This document shows positions 1-8,116 of a DNA stretch of 17,121 bases, one piece after another. Source of the DNA: an uncultured Candidatus Micrarchaeota archaeon (lineage in GTDB: Archaea; Micrarchaeota; Micrarchaeia; Burarchaeales; Fermentimicrarchaeaceae); assembly GCA_963760615.1 (NCBI GenBank), contig CAVXDX010000016.1, positions 1 through 17,121 of the forward strand. The letters are read 5' to 3'. Within the stretch, counting starts at the first letter, position 1. Each line of letters starts with the position of its first letter. The notes below the pieces were generated by a model, which ran no database searches, was not told the DNA's origin, and saw nothing but the letters and a program-made list of their open reading frames with translations. Both the position numbers and the translations under genes were made by a program.

Positions 1-576
1 TTGGGCCCTGTTGAGGGCAACATCAACCAATCCTCTTGAAGCAGAGCCCATAATGCGCACAGCCCTTGTTGCCGGAAGCAGGTTTTTCACCCTCCTGACT
101 ATCTGTCTGCTCCTCCTATGCCCCAAGTCAGTTGCAACAACGCAGTTTATGAGCTCCTTCTCTTTGCCAATATGCATTCTTTTTTTGTTGATGTAAGCAC
201 CTCTCCCTTTCTCGGCGTGCATGAATTCTTTTTGGTATGGGTCGTAAACAACCCCAAGGATGGGCTGCTCCATGTAAGCAAATCCTATGGAAATTGCAAA
301 ATAAGGAATGCCAGCTGCAAAGTTCACTGTTCCGTCTATCGGGTCTATCACCCAGAGGTAATCAGAGCGGTTCTTATGCCTGCCGGACTCCTCTGCAAGA
401 ATTCCATGCTCCGGGAATCTTCTTTCTATTTCTTTTACTATTAGTTCTTCAACTTCTGTATCTGCGGCTGTGACGATGTCCTGCCTAGATTTTAAGCTCA
501 CCTTGTTTGTTTTCCTGAAATGCTTCAAGGCAATTACGCCTGCCTTCTCCGCGGTTTTTAATGCAAAATCCAGCAT
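1..576 (-). CDS. suhB: Inositol monophosphatase family protein (IMPase/FBPase, SuhB-like); 3' end outside the window
   Basis: Manual translation from ATG at 576: MLDFALKTAEKAGVIALKHF...DIVTAADTEVEELI...ILAEESG...WVIDPIDGTVNFAAGIPYFAISIG...GVVYDP...RIMGSA. Contains the EE and DPIDGT metal-binding motifs. SD-like AGGTGA upstream; frame open to position 1. Confidence 0.93.
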   Translation of the reverse strand, partial: MLDFALKTAEKAGVIALKHFRKTNKVSLKSRQDIVTAADTEVEELIVKEIERRFPEHGILAEESGRHKNRSDYLWVIDPIDGTVNFAAGIPYFAISIGFAYMEQPILGVVYDPYQKEFMHAEKGRGAYINKKRMHIGKEKELINCVVATDLGHRRSRQIVRRVKNLLPATRAVRIMGSASRGLVDVALNRAQ

Positions 577-589
577 GCACTCACCTGAG

Positions 590-676
590 CGGGCCCGGGG
601 GGATTTGAACCCCCAACCAACTGGTCCGAAGCCTTGCGAGTTTCCTAGTCGCGCTATCCAGTTGCGCCACGGGCCC
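590..676 (-). tRNA. tRNA-Arg (anticodon TCG) with a 13-nt intron at position 29/30 (634-646); CCA not encoded
   Basis: Acceptor GGGCCCG/CGGGCCC plus discriminator G; D-arm GCGC-AACTGGATA-GCGC; T-arm GGGGG-TTCAAAT-CCCCC. Removing AGGAAACTCGCAA restores the anticodon arm ACTGG-CTTCGGA-CCAGT. Confidence 0.95.
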
Positions 677-704
677 CGTATAGATTTTACAGCTTCATTA
701 ATAT

Positions 705-1589
705 TTACTTTGTGAGAACCCGCGCAGAATCCTTCTCAACAACAACAGTGAGCTCTGCCTGGGAGACCAGTCCTGAGCCAGCCTCCTTGAGAACTGGGTA
801 CTGGCGTATGGCTCCTGATAAGACCAGCTCCCTGAGCGCGGCATGGAGAAGTAGTTTGGAGTGGAATTCCTTGTAAAGCCACCTCTCTGCGAAAGGAAGT
901 GTTTTGTAGTTCTCCTCAACATATGTAAGCAGCCTCCTTGACTCCCTCATCCTGACAGGGAGCCTGGCCTCAAGGGAGAATATCTCAACGTCGGGCGCCT
1001 CTGAAACCCTGCCCTGCCCGTTTGTCGCAAATGGCTCTATGGCAATGACAGCTCCTTCTGAAAGCGTATTGGGGTCATTGTTTCCCACATTTGGAATTTC
1101 AACGCCCGCATGCAGGTCGTACTCCCCAAGGGAGTGACCTGTGAGGTTTTCTATAGGCTTGAAACCAAACCCTTTTATTGCAGCTTCCACTTCAGCGCCA
1201 ATGTCGCCGAGCTTTGCGCCAGCATGCACCGAGCAGATGGCTGCATCAAGGGCCTTCTCAGATGCTTCAACAAGCTTGCCATTCTCGTTTGACAAATCAA
1301 CTGTGAGGGCGTTGTCTCCTATGAAGCCGTCTATGTGGACGCCAACATCAAGCTTCACAATGTCTTTCTCCCCAAACACGAGCATGGAATCCTTCTCCGG
1401 AGTGAAGTGCGCTGCAGCCTCATTTATTGAGATGTTTACTGGGAATGCCGGCTTGGCTCCCTTTTCCCTTATCTTATTCTCTGCAGCATCGGCTACTTCA
1501 AGCAGCTTCACGCCTGGCTTGATGAGCTGCTTCGTCTCCTGCAACACCTCAAATGCAATTTTTCCTGCCTTCTCATATTTCTCAATCAT
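705..1589 (-). CDS. map: Methionine aminopeptidase type II (archaeal)
   Basis: Motifs AFPVNISINEAAAHFTP, KLDVGVHIDGFIGDNA, GHSL..HAG, IEPFAT and QAE, plus the type II insertion; 294 aa. Confidence 0.97.
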   Translation of the reverse strand: MIEKYEKAGKIAFEVLQETKQLIKPGVKLLEVADAAENKIREKGAKPAFPVNISINEAAAHFTPEKDSMLVFGEKDIVKLDVGVHIDGFIGDNALTVDLSNENGKLVEASEKALDAAICSVHAGAKLGDIGAEVEAAIKGFGFKPIENLTGHSLGEYDLHAGVEIPNVGNNDPNTLSEGAVIAIEPFATNGQGRVSEAPDVEIFSLEARLPVRMRESRRLLTYVEENYKTLPFAERWLYKEFHSKLLLHAALRELVLSGAIRQYPVLKEAGSGLVSQAELTVVVEKDSARVLTK

Positions 1590-2257
1590 TTCAATCCCTC
1601 TAGTATTTTTGGTATTTCTCCAACGCTTTTTACAGTGTAATCTGCATCCTTGTCCTTGCGCTCCTGTGAAACAAGTATGGTTGTGATGCCGGCCTCTCTT
1701 GCCGGCTTTATGTCTGTTCCAACATTATCGCCAACCATGACAACTTCCTGCGGGTTTAAGTGAAGTTTCCTGAGAACGGACTTGTAGAACTTCTTTGATT
1801 TCTTGGGAGTGACAAAAACTTCGTGGAGGATGTTATGGAGCCCAAGTCTTATGAGCTTATCCCACTGCTTTATGGCAACTCCTTGGGATGCTGCGCATAT
1901 TTTGTAGCCTTCCTCGCGCAGGCGGATGAGTGTATGAGGGACATCGGGGTAAGGGAATATGCTAGTCTTAGCCTGATGGTAGGCAACAATACCCGCGGCA
2001 ACTATCTTGGGGTTGGACTTCAGGCCAAGTTCCTTGAGAAGGGCATCGAAATGCTTGGGGTAGTTGGGCCCATATCTCTTTATGATAATCTGGAGTTTTG
2101 CATAAGCCTCATCGGCATCAACTTCAAGGCCTGCCTCAATCATCAGGCTGATTGCGTGCCTCCTGGCAAGCTCTGCAAAGTCGTTTGATGGGAATAAGGT
2201 GTTGTCAATGTCGAAGAGTATGGCCTTGATGTGCTGGGCTGAAAATCCCACGTTCAT
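1586..2257 (-). CDS. HAD-superfamily hydrolase (archaeal TIGR02253-like)
   Basis: Motif I FDIDNTL and motif IV GDNVGTD. Start moved from 2365 to ATG 2257 (or GTG 2260) because a TATA/BRE lies at 2286-2302. Overlaps the map start by 4 nt. Confidence 0.88.
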   Translation of the reverse strand: MNVGFSAQHIKAILFDIDNTLFPSNDFAELARRHAISLMIEAGLEVDADEAYAKLQIIIKRYGPNYPKHFDALLKELGLKSNPKIVAAGIVAYHQAKTSIFPYPDVPHTLIRLREEGYKICAASQGVAIKQWDKLIRLGLHNILHEVFVTPKKSKKFYKSVLRKLHLNPQEVVMVGDNVGTDIKPAREAGITTILVSQERKDKDADYTVKSVGEIPKILEGLK

Positions 2258-2285
2258 CACTGGCAAGTTACCCCCCTTCAGGCGG

Positions 2286-2302
2286 TTTATATATCTTTGT
2301 TT
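2286..2302 (-). promoter_or_regulatory. Archaeal BRE+TATA promoter of the HAD-map unit
   Basis: Minus strand reads AAACAAAGA-TATATAAA, ending 29 nt before ATG 2257. Confidence 0.65.
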
Positions 2303-2321
2303 CATAATCACATCACCGCCA

Positions 2322-2491
2322 ACCCATAAGGCGTGTAGGGGAGTCGCAACACGAACCACCTGCATGTTCCCTGTATTGCGTAAAGCCGGCAGGGATTAGT
2401 GCAGGGGCGGAATACCGCAGGGCATGCGGGAATGCAAGCCTGGCTGAGAACCCGATGGGTGTTCTTTGAAGCAGGAAGCCCATAAGTGGGT
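2322..2491 (+). ncRNA. Candidate structured non-coding RNA/element, family unassigned
   Basis: About 58% GC by hand count over 2311-2490, with several stems whose G-U pairs fit the + strand. No convincing ORF and no recognised Rfam core motif. Confidence 0.3.
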
Positions 2492-2494
2492 ATG

Positions 2495-4882
2495 TCACTC
2501 ATGCCACTCACCTAAACTTGACTGCTTTCCTCCAAGCAGCAAATCCTCCTTCTTAACTCCGAGCTCCTTGAGAATTTTCAGCACTGCAGGGATGACCTGG
2601 TGCTCTATGTAGTAGCCGGAGTCATAATCCTTTGCAAGCTCCAGTGGCATTGCCTTATCGGATATGCTGTTGCCTCTTCTCGTTATCACAAAGCTTATGA
2701 GGGAGCCCACCTCAACTGGCATGCCTGCATTCATTGCCTTCTTCGCGGCTGCAAGCTCCGGGGAGTTCACCTCATAATCTCCGGGGCTTTTCTTGAGCTG
2801 CGTGTATATCACCAGTTCCTCAAGAGGGGTCTTGCCTGCCTTGAGCTCGTCTATCTTGTCCATGACGATCTTTACTGCCTTCTCCTTGCTGCCCTCCTTG
2901 AGAATTGCTTCGAGAACCTGCTTCTGAACCTTCTTGGCAACCCCCGCCCAGTCCCTTCTCACCAATTCAAACCCGCGTATCTTTATCCTGCCCTCATCGC
3001 TGATCATCGCATATTTTTTCTTGGCTCCCTTCTCCTCGGCTTTCTTGCTCACGAAGACTCCTCTGGTGTAGAAGCCCTCCAGCTCAAGCTCCATCTTCTC
3101 GGGCAGCTCAGAGTTTATCTTTGCGACGAATTCAAGCGCATCCTTCTTCTTTTTGTCCCCAAGCAGAAGCATGAGGGAGTCTGTGTCCCCGTAAAGGACT
3201 TTGAAGCCTGCCTCCTCTGCCTTTTTCATCGTCTCCTGTATGTAGTGTCTGCCCCAAGCGGTTGTACTCTCCCCTGCCTCCTTGGAGTACCAGCGGGAGC
3301 GCGGGTAGAGCAGGTAGCCGTAGAATGAGTTGGCGGTTATCTTCAGGGCTTGTTGCCTTGCATCCAATTGTATGTATTCGTCGGTTCCTGGTTTGAGGGA
3401 TTTCATCTTCTTTTTAATCTCCCCTCTTTTCTCAAGTAGCTCTCCAAGCACAGAGGGGATGAGGCCCTTTTTCTTCCTGCAGAACTTGTGGCCCACAGGA
3501 GAGATGAATGCATCCTTCTCACAGCAGGAGCAGTTTAGTGTGAATGGGTCGATGTTATGCGAGATGATTATTGAGGGGTACAGGGAGCGGAAGTCGAAGA
3601 CAACAAGGTTGTCGTATATGCCTGGCTCGGGCATCTTCACAAATGCGCCGACTGCCGGGGAGGCGACCCTTGCATTTATCTCCTCTTCCTTGGGCTGGTT
3701 GGGCACAATCATGTTCTCCCAGTGAGCCCTGTTCATGAGGAGCTGTTCCACAATCGTTCCTGTGGAGGAGCCGCATATCTCGAAGAGAGGAACCTTTGAG
3801 AGCTTGGAGATTTCAAACTCCATAGGAAGAAGCTGGTCTGCAAGCTCCTTTTCCGCAACCGAGTCATTCAGGGAGTAGTCCGCAAGCTCTCCGCACTTCA
3901 AGCCCTCATCCCAGTACTTCCATATCTCCAGCTTTGGTACAATCTTCTTTTTCTTCCCAGTTATCTCTGAGTAAACTTCAGTGAGTGTGTATTGGAAGGT
4001 CTTGAGAGCACCTATGGTTGCAAGGAAGCGTATTATGTGGAAGATGTCTATGTGTATCCTCCCTTTTATCTTCGCTTTTGTTATGAGACCTCTCCTGTGC
4101 AAAGTGAATGATGAGCCGTCCCTTCCCAGTGAGAGTTTTGTTTTGAGGACAGATGCCCTCTCCTTCAGGTAGGGGAGGTCAAATTGGCTGGAGTTGTAGC
4201 CCATGATGATTTCTACATCTTTTTTCTTGATGAGCTCGCAAAACGTCTCAATCATTTCCTTCTCGCTTGAGCAGAGATGGACAAAAGGCCTGTCAATCTT
4301 CTTCGTTGTGAAAACTCCTGAGGATTCGCCTGCATAGCTTATCATAATGACTGGGTCTTTTGCAGGGCGCGGGGCACCCTGAGGGTTGTAGGTTTCAATG
4401 TCGAAAACAAGGGTGTTGAATTTCGGCGTGGGTGTTTCATGAACTTTTATTATTTTCTTTAGCTCCTTTCCCTCCCTCTCGAACTCTATGGTGTTGAGAG
4501 GGGCGAGGCCCTTGTCAATGATGTACCTCCTTGTGAACGGGATGTTGTGCTCGTAGGTTGTCCCGAACTTCTTGATCTCCTCCCTTAGAATAGGAACCTC
4601 CTGAGGGTGGTGGCACACTATCCTGAGCATTTCTTTATCCTTCCCTGCGAGGATTTTCTTAACTTTCTCAACCCTCTTGGCTTTTACAACTGCTCCCCTC
4701 TCCTCAACAACGAGCTGCTCTATGGCTTTCTTCACCTCGTCAATGTCATCTGCGTGGAGGTAGAAGTAGGGCTCGAAGGAGGAGTCGTGAATTCTGAAGA
4801 ACCTTTTCCTCTTGAAGATGAGGGTGAGCACTGGCTTGCTGCCTTTTGTCCTGTAGCTCACGTCAATGAAAAGGGCTTTCAT
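2495..4882 (-). CDS. polB: Family B DNA polymerase (archaeal PolB3-type), 795 aa, no intein
   Basis: ExoI FDIETY, ExoII YNSSQFDLPYL, ExoIII YSLND, motif A DFRSLYPSII, motif B KITANSFYGY, motif C YGDTDS. Uracil-pocket residues PYFY and IPFTRRY; C-terminal PIP box KQSSLGEW. Start set at MKALFIDV because the longer ORF would overlap rpiA. Confidence 0.97.
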   Translation of the reverse strand: MKALFIDVSYRTKGSKPVLTLIFKRKRFFRIHDSSFEPYFYLHADDIDEVKKAIEQLVVEERGAVVKAKRVEKVKKILAGKDKEMLRIVCHHPQEVPILREEIKKFGTTYEHNIPFTRRYIIDKGLAPLNTIEFEREGKELKKIIKVHETPTPKFNTLVFDIETYNPQGAPRPAKDPVIMISYAGESSGVFTTKKIDRPFVHLCSSEKEMIETFCELIKKKDVEIIMGYNSSQFDLPYLKERASVLKTKLSLGRDGSSFTLHRRGLITKAKIKGRIHIDIFHIIRFLATIGALKTFQYTLTEVYSEITGKKKKIVPKLEIWKYWDEGLKCGELADYSLNDSVAEKELADQLLPMEFEISKLSKVPLFEICGSSTGTIVEQLLMNRAHWENMIVPNQPKEEEINARVASPAVGAFVKMPEPGIYDNLVVFDFRSLYPSIIISHNIDPFTLNCSCCEKDAFISPVGHKFCRKKKGLIPSVLGELLEKRGEIKKKMKSLKPGTDEYIQLDARQQALKITANSFYGYLLYPRSRWYSKEAGESTTAWGRHYIQETMKKAEEAGFKVLYGDTDSLMLLLGDKKKKDALEFVAKINSELPEKMELELEGFYTRGVFVSKKAEEKGAKKKYAMISDEGRIKIRGFELVRRDWAGVAKKVQKQVLEAILKEGSKEKAVKIVMDKIDELKAGKTPLEELVIYTQLKKSPGDYEVNSPELAAAKKAMNAGMPVEVGSLISFVITRRGNSISDKAMPLELAKDYDSGYYIEHQVIPAVLKILKELGVKKEDLLLGGKQSSLGEWHE

Positions 4883-4919
4883 GTTATTGTTTTTTAATCT
4901 AAACCTTAAAAGCATACTT

Positions 4920-5582
4920 ATGGATGGAAAGTTCAACGCAGCGGAAAAGGCTCTTGGGTTTGTGAAAGGTGGGATGGTTGTGGGCTTAGGAACTGGGAGG
5001 ACTTCTGAAATTTTCGTAAGGTTACTTGGGAAGGAAGTGAAGGAAAAGAAAATGAAAGTTGTTTGCGTGCCTACTTCTGTAAAAACTGAAAAAGTTGCAA
5101 GGAGAGCAGGACTGGTTGTGAGGAAGCTCAATGAGGTGAGAGGGGTTGACCTTGCAGTTGATGGAGCGGACCAGGTTGACAGAAAGAAGAATCTTATAAA
5201 GGGCTATGGTGGTGCCCTGTTCAGGGAAAAAATTGTTGATTACGGAGCGAGAAAGTTTGTTGTGATAGTTGATGAGAGCAAGCTGAGGGAGGAATTGGAG
5301 GGATGGGTGCCCCTCGAGGTTTCTCCCTTTGCAGTTGAGCAGGTGATGAGGGAGCTGAAGAAGCTTGGCGTACGCAGCAGAGTCAGGAGGAAGGGGGATA
5401 GGAGGTTCATCACGGACAACTGGAATGTGATTGTGGATGCTTATTTCAGGAAGATGCACAACCCAAAGAGACTGAACCTGGTGTTGAAGGGGATTCCGGG
5501 CATAATTGAGACGGGTATTTTTGCTGGCGGAGTGTGGAAAGTGGTTGTCGGCAGTGAGAAGGGAGTACGAATCATAGGTTAA
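4920..5582 (+). CDS. rpiA: Ribose-5-phosphate isomerase A
   Basis: VGLGTGRT, DGADQVD, IKGYGGALFREK, PLEV, ITDN and GIIETGIF motifs; start at ATG 4920. Confidence 0.96.
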   Translation: MDGKFNAAEKALGFVKGGMVVGLGTGRTSEIFVRLLGKEVKEKKMKVVCVPTSVKTEKVARRAGLVVRKLNEVRGVDLAVDGADQVDRKKNLIKGYGGALFREKIVDYGARKFVVIVDESKLREELEGWVPLEVSPFAVEQVMRELKKLGVRSRVRRKGDRRFITDNWNVIVDAYFRKMHNPKRLNLVLKGIPGIIETGIFAGGVWKVVVGSEKGVRIIG

Positions 5583-5664
5583 GCAAAGAAGTTTGAGTGG
5601 GGAGAGTAAGCAACTTTCATGCGCCAGCGCTTAGCTATATATATTATTGAGTCATTAGTTATTT

Positions 5665-6165
5665 ATGAGAAAACTTCAGGAGAGCCTGCGGCTGGAGCTC
5701 AGGAGACCTTTTGGAAAAATTATGGATACCGGGGGGTTGGTGAAGGCTCTTGAGAGTAGGAAAGGTTTGCTGATTTCTGTTGGGGATGAATGCTCCTACA
5801 TTCTAATAAAAAATGGGGTGAACCCCGATATTATGATATACGACCTGAGGGTGAAGAGAAAGGATGTGATCGGAGATATGAGAGATGTTTTGGGGAAGTT
5901 TAATAATGGGGAGATTATAGTGCACAACCAAGCTGGTGTAATAATGGATGAGTTGATTGAAAGTGTAAAGAATATGCTTGAGGAGGGAAAAGGGAAGATG
6001 CTTGTCAAGGGTGAGGAGGATCTTGCTGCTCTTGTTGTTATGATGTACGCCCCTAACGGCGCTCTGATTGTTTACGGCCAGCCAGATGAGGGTGCGGTTC
6101 TTGTCGAGGAGAATGAGGAAGTGAGAAATAGGGCCGTAAGGTCTTACGAGAGCATGGAGGAGTAG
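5665..6165 (+). CDS. GTP-dependent dephospho-CoA kinase (DUF359 family)
   Basis: SVGD, D..VKR, N.AG.I, VKGEEDLAAL and YGQPDEG motifs; TATATATAT box at about 5636-5644. Confidence 0.9.
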   Translation: MRKLQESLRLELRRPFGKIMDTGGLVKALESRKGLLISVGDECSYILIKNGVNPDIMIYDLRVKRKDVIGDMRDVLGKFNNGEIIVHNQAGVIMDELIESVKNMLEEGKGKMLVKGEEDLAALVVMMYAPNGALIVYGQPDEGAVLVEENEEVRNRAVRSYESMEE

Positions 6166-6169
6166 TTCT

Positions 6170-7303
6170 ATGGATGAGTTGAGGATAATCAACTTCTTAG
6201 ATGCATTCATAGCAAATGCCCTTTCAGTAATCATACCGCTTCTTCTGGTTGCGAAGGGTGTTGATGTCATACAGATTGGGTTGGTTGTCTCCATGTCCCC
6301 AGTCGTATTCGTTGTTTCTAGGAGCATATTCGCCGCCATATCCGACCAGGTGGGCGTGAGGAAGATTTTCATAGCGAATGGCGCCATGAGTGTAGTTTCA
6401 CTTCTTGTCTATATGGTTGCAAACACCCCTCTGCTCTTCTCCATTGGGAAGGTGTTTGAGGGTGCGAGAAATGGCGCCATATGGGCGGTGAACAGGACTG
6501 CGGTGTTCATGAGGAGGAGCGGCAGAAGAGCTGTTGAGGAGGTACTGAGAACGCAGGCAATAAGGACTGGGGCTGCCGCAATGGGAATAATGGCCGCGGG
6601 AGTGCTGCTCAATACATACCAATTCAGCACTGCGCTTGTTTTCTTCGTCATTCTAAGCATTGTCCTTTTCTCAGTCTCATTCCTCGTTGAGGGAGGAGGC
6701 AAGTCTAGGGTGAAGATAAAGGAGATATTTGGGCAGCTGGACTTCAGAAGGACGGGTGATTTGCTGAAGAAAACCAGCTTGGTGGGGATACCGCAGTCTA
6801 TTGCGACGGCAGTCCCGCTCTCGCTGGTCTTCCCGCTTTTCCTGAAGGGGATAGGATACGACTATTGGTTGATAGGAGTTGCCATTGCCATGTATTATGT
6901 GACAAGCGCTCTTGTTACATACCTTTTCATGAGAATGAAGTGGGGGAGGAGGGCAATTTGGATAGGAGCCTTCTGCTTCCTGGGGGGAGGAATTCTGCTT
7001 CCGTTGCTGGATGGCGCATGGGCTGTGCCCCTGATAGCGGTTATGGGTATTGGTGATGGATTGTCAAACCCTCTCTGGGAGACGATGGTGTTCAACTGCG
7101 TGAGGAAGAGTAGGGATGTGTCAAGTGATATTGCGCTGTTGCATACTCCTCCGAATCTTTCAACTGCAGTAGGCTTAATCGTTGCTGGAGTTGTCCTCAA
7201 GTGGTGGGGTTATGGAGTTGTATTCTTCTCATGCGGAGTTCTTTTTGTGCTGTCCTTCTACTGGTCGTTTGAACTTCTCAGGGAGTCAAGATACTTTCTG
7301 TAG
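6170..7303 (+). CDS. MFS transporter
   Basis: 377 aa with about 12 hydrophobic segments; loop 2-3 motif AISDQVGVRK. Confidence 0.85.
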   Translation: MDELRIINFLDAFIANALSVIIPLLLVAKGVDVIQIGLVVSMSPVVFVVSRSIFAAISDQVGVRKIFIANGAMSVVSLLVYMVANTPLLFSIGKVFEGARNGAIWAVNRTAVFMRRSGRRAVEEVLRTQAIRTGAAAMGIMAAGVLLNTYQFSTALVFFVILSIVLFSVSFLVEGGGKSRVKIKEIFGQLDFRRTGDLLKKTSLVGIPQSIATAVPLSLVFPLFLKGIGYDYWLIGVAIAMYYVTSALVTYLFMRMKWGRRAIWIGAFCFLGGGILLPLLDGAWAVPLIAVMGIGDGLSNPLWETMVFNCVRKSRDVSSDIALLHTPPNLSTAVGLIVAGVVLKWWGYGVVFFSCGVLFVLSFYWSFELLRESRYFL

Positions 7304-7653
7304 AACTCATTCACCGTCTTTTCATCTATCCTGTGCTCAAAATAGGCATGCGGCCTCAGGGCTCCGCTGAATGTCTTCGGTATGTGGATAAGCTCGTGAA
7401 TGAGAACCTTGTCCTTGTGCTCCTCATCAAGGTCGTCAAAGTTCTCTGAGAGGACTTCTATTATATAGTATGTTCTTATGTCAAGCGCCTTCTGCCAGAT
7501 CGGCGGCAGATTCCATATTCTGGCGTAGGCATTCGCCTTTGAACCTCTGGAGCGCATGCAGATTATCCGCAGGGAGTTGATGTAGTCTAGATTGAGAACC
7601 TGGATGATTTTGTTGACCCTTTCCTGGATGTCTGGAGCCAGCTCCACTTCCAT
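7258..7653 (-). CDS. Putative zinc metallopeptidase (small archaeal HExxH protein)
   Basis: VLIHELIHIP motif preceded by YIIEVLSENFD. Start at ATG 7653 with a TTAATATTTA box at 7670-7679; 3' end overlaps the MFS gene by 46 nt. Confidence 0.8.
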   Translation of the reverse strand: MEVELAPDIQERVNKIIQVLNLDYINSLRIICMRSRGSKANAYARIWNLPPIWQKALDIRTYYIIEVLSENFDDLDEEHKDKVLIHELIHIPKTFSGALRPHAYFEHRIDEKTVNEFYRKYLDSLRSSNDQ

Positions 7654-7707
7654 GAAGATATTTTGCAGGTAAATATTAAGATTCTTGAGGCGCACGGCAG
7701 TAGGTTC

Positions 7708-7752
7708 AATTTGGATAAAATTTGGGTAAAAATTCGGAAATTGCTTATATAT
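7708..7752 (+). promoter_or_regulatory. Promoter/operator copy A: phased AATT(T/C)GG units, BRE CGGAAA, TATA TTATATAT
   Basis: 7720-7743 ATTTGGGTAAAAATTCGGAAATTG matches 8935-8958 at 23/24 nt. Confidence 0.65.
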
Positions 7753-7790
7753 TACTCCAGTTCATCTACTAATTTGCACTTGGCATACGG

Positions 7791-7922
7791 ATGCAGCAGG
7801 ATAATTGTTTCGGAATTTATAGGACCACCCAAACTGAAACTGAATACTGCTGCTGTTCGGCCAACAAGCTGAATGTCTGTGGAGGTGAGTGCATTGGTAA
7901 ACGACAACGGAGAGGGAAGTAG
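7791..7922 (+). CDS. Candidate small Cys-rich, basic-tailed peptide (43 aa)
   Basis: Manual translation MQQDNCFGIYRTTQTETEYCCCSANKLNVCGGECIGKRQRRGK; first ATG after promoter copy A; no SD. Confidence 0.25.
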   Translation: MQQDNCFGIYRTTQTETEYCCCSANKLNVCGGECIGKRQRRGK

Positions 7923-8116
7923 GTTATGCGAATACAACTTCATGGTTGCAGAAATTGTGCTCATGGGCGATGTCAGAATGAGTAAGAAACACCTATGAGG
8001 GAGGTTCCAGGAGGATGATTTGGATATGTGTATTGGGGAGAAGGAGCGGGTATAAAACAGAGCCGGGGCAATCTTAATATAAAATAATATGAATAAATGC
8101 TAAGGAATGTGGATAC

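Noticed and set aside
590-676. tRNA as an integration site of a provirus or island
   Set aside because: No duplicated tRNA 3' end and no integrase in the window.
2278-2320. Box C/D sRNA (GUGAUGU...CUGA on the minus strand) with a GGCGGT/ACCGCC inverted repeat
   Set aside because: The C box is poor, no D'/C' boxes are visible, and the segment is better explained as the HAD promoter.
2323-2486. MITE bounded by the 8-bp repeat CCCATAAG, or RNase P / SRP / TPP riboswitch / 5S rRNA
   Set aside because: There are no terminal inverted repeats inside the direct repeat. Only fragments of the RNA motifs appear (CTGAGA, AATACC, CAGG..GGAA), in the wrong order or without the required pairing.
2495-4882. 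Intein or inactivated polymerase in polB
   Set aside because: The length is normal and all exonuclease and polymerase motifs are contiguous and intact.
4866-5131. Long N-terminal extensions of polB (to 5131) and rpiA (from 4866) in the ORF track
   Set aside because: They would overlap each other head-to-head; recognisable sequence begins at 4882 and 4920.
7752-7964. 70-aa minus-strand ORF
   Set aside because: No SD, no recognisable motif, and it runs head-on into the + strand promoter; cannot be supported, though not excluded.
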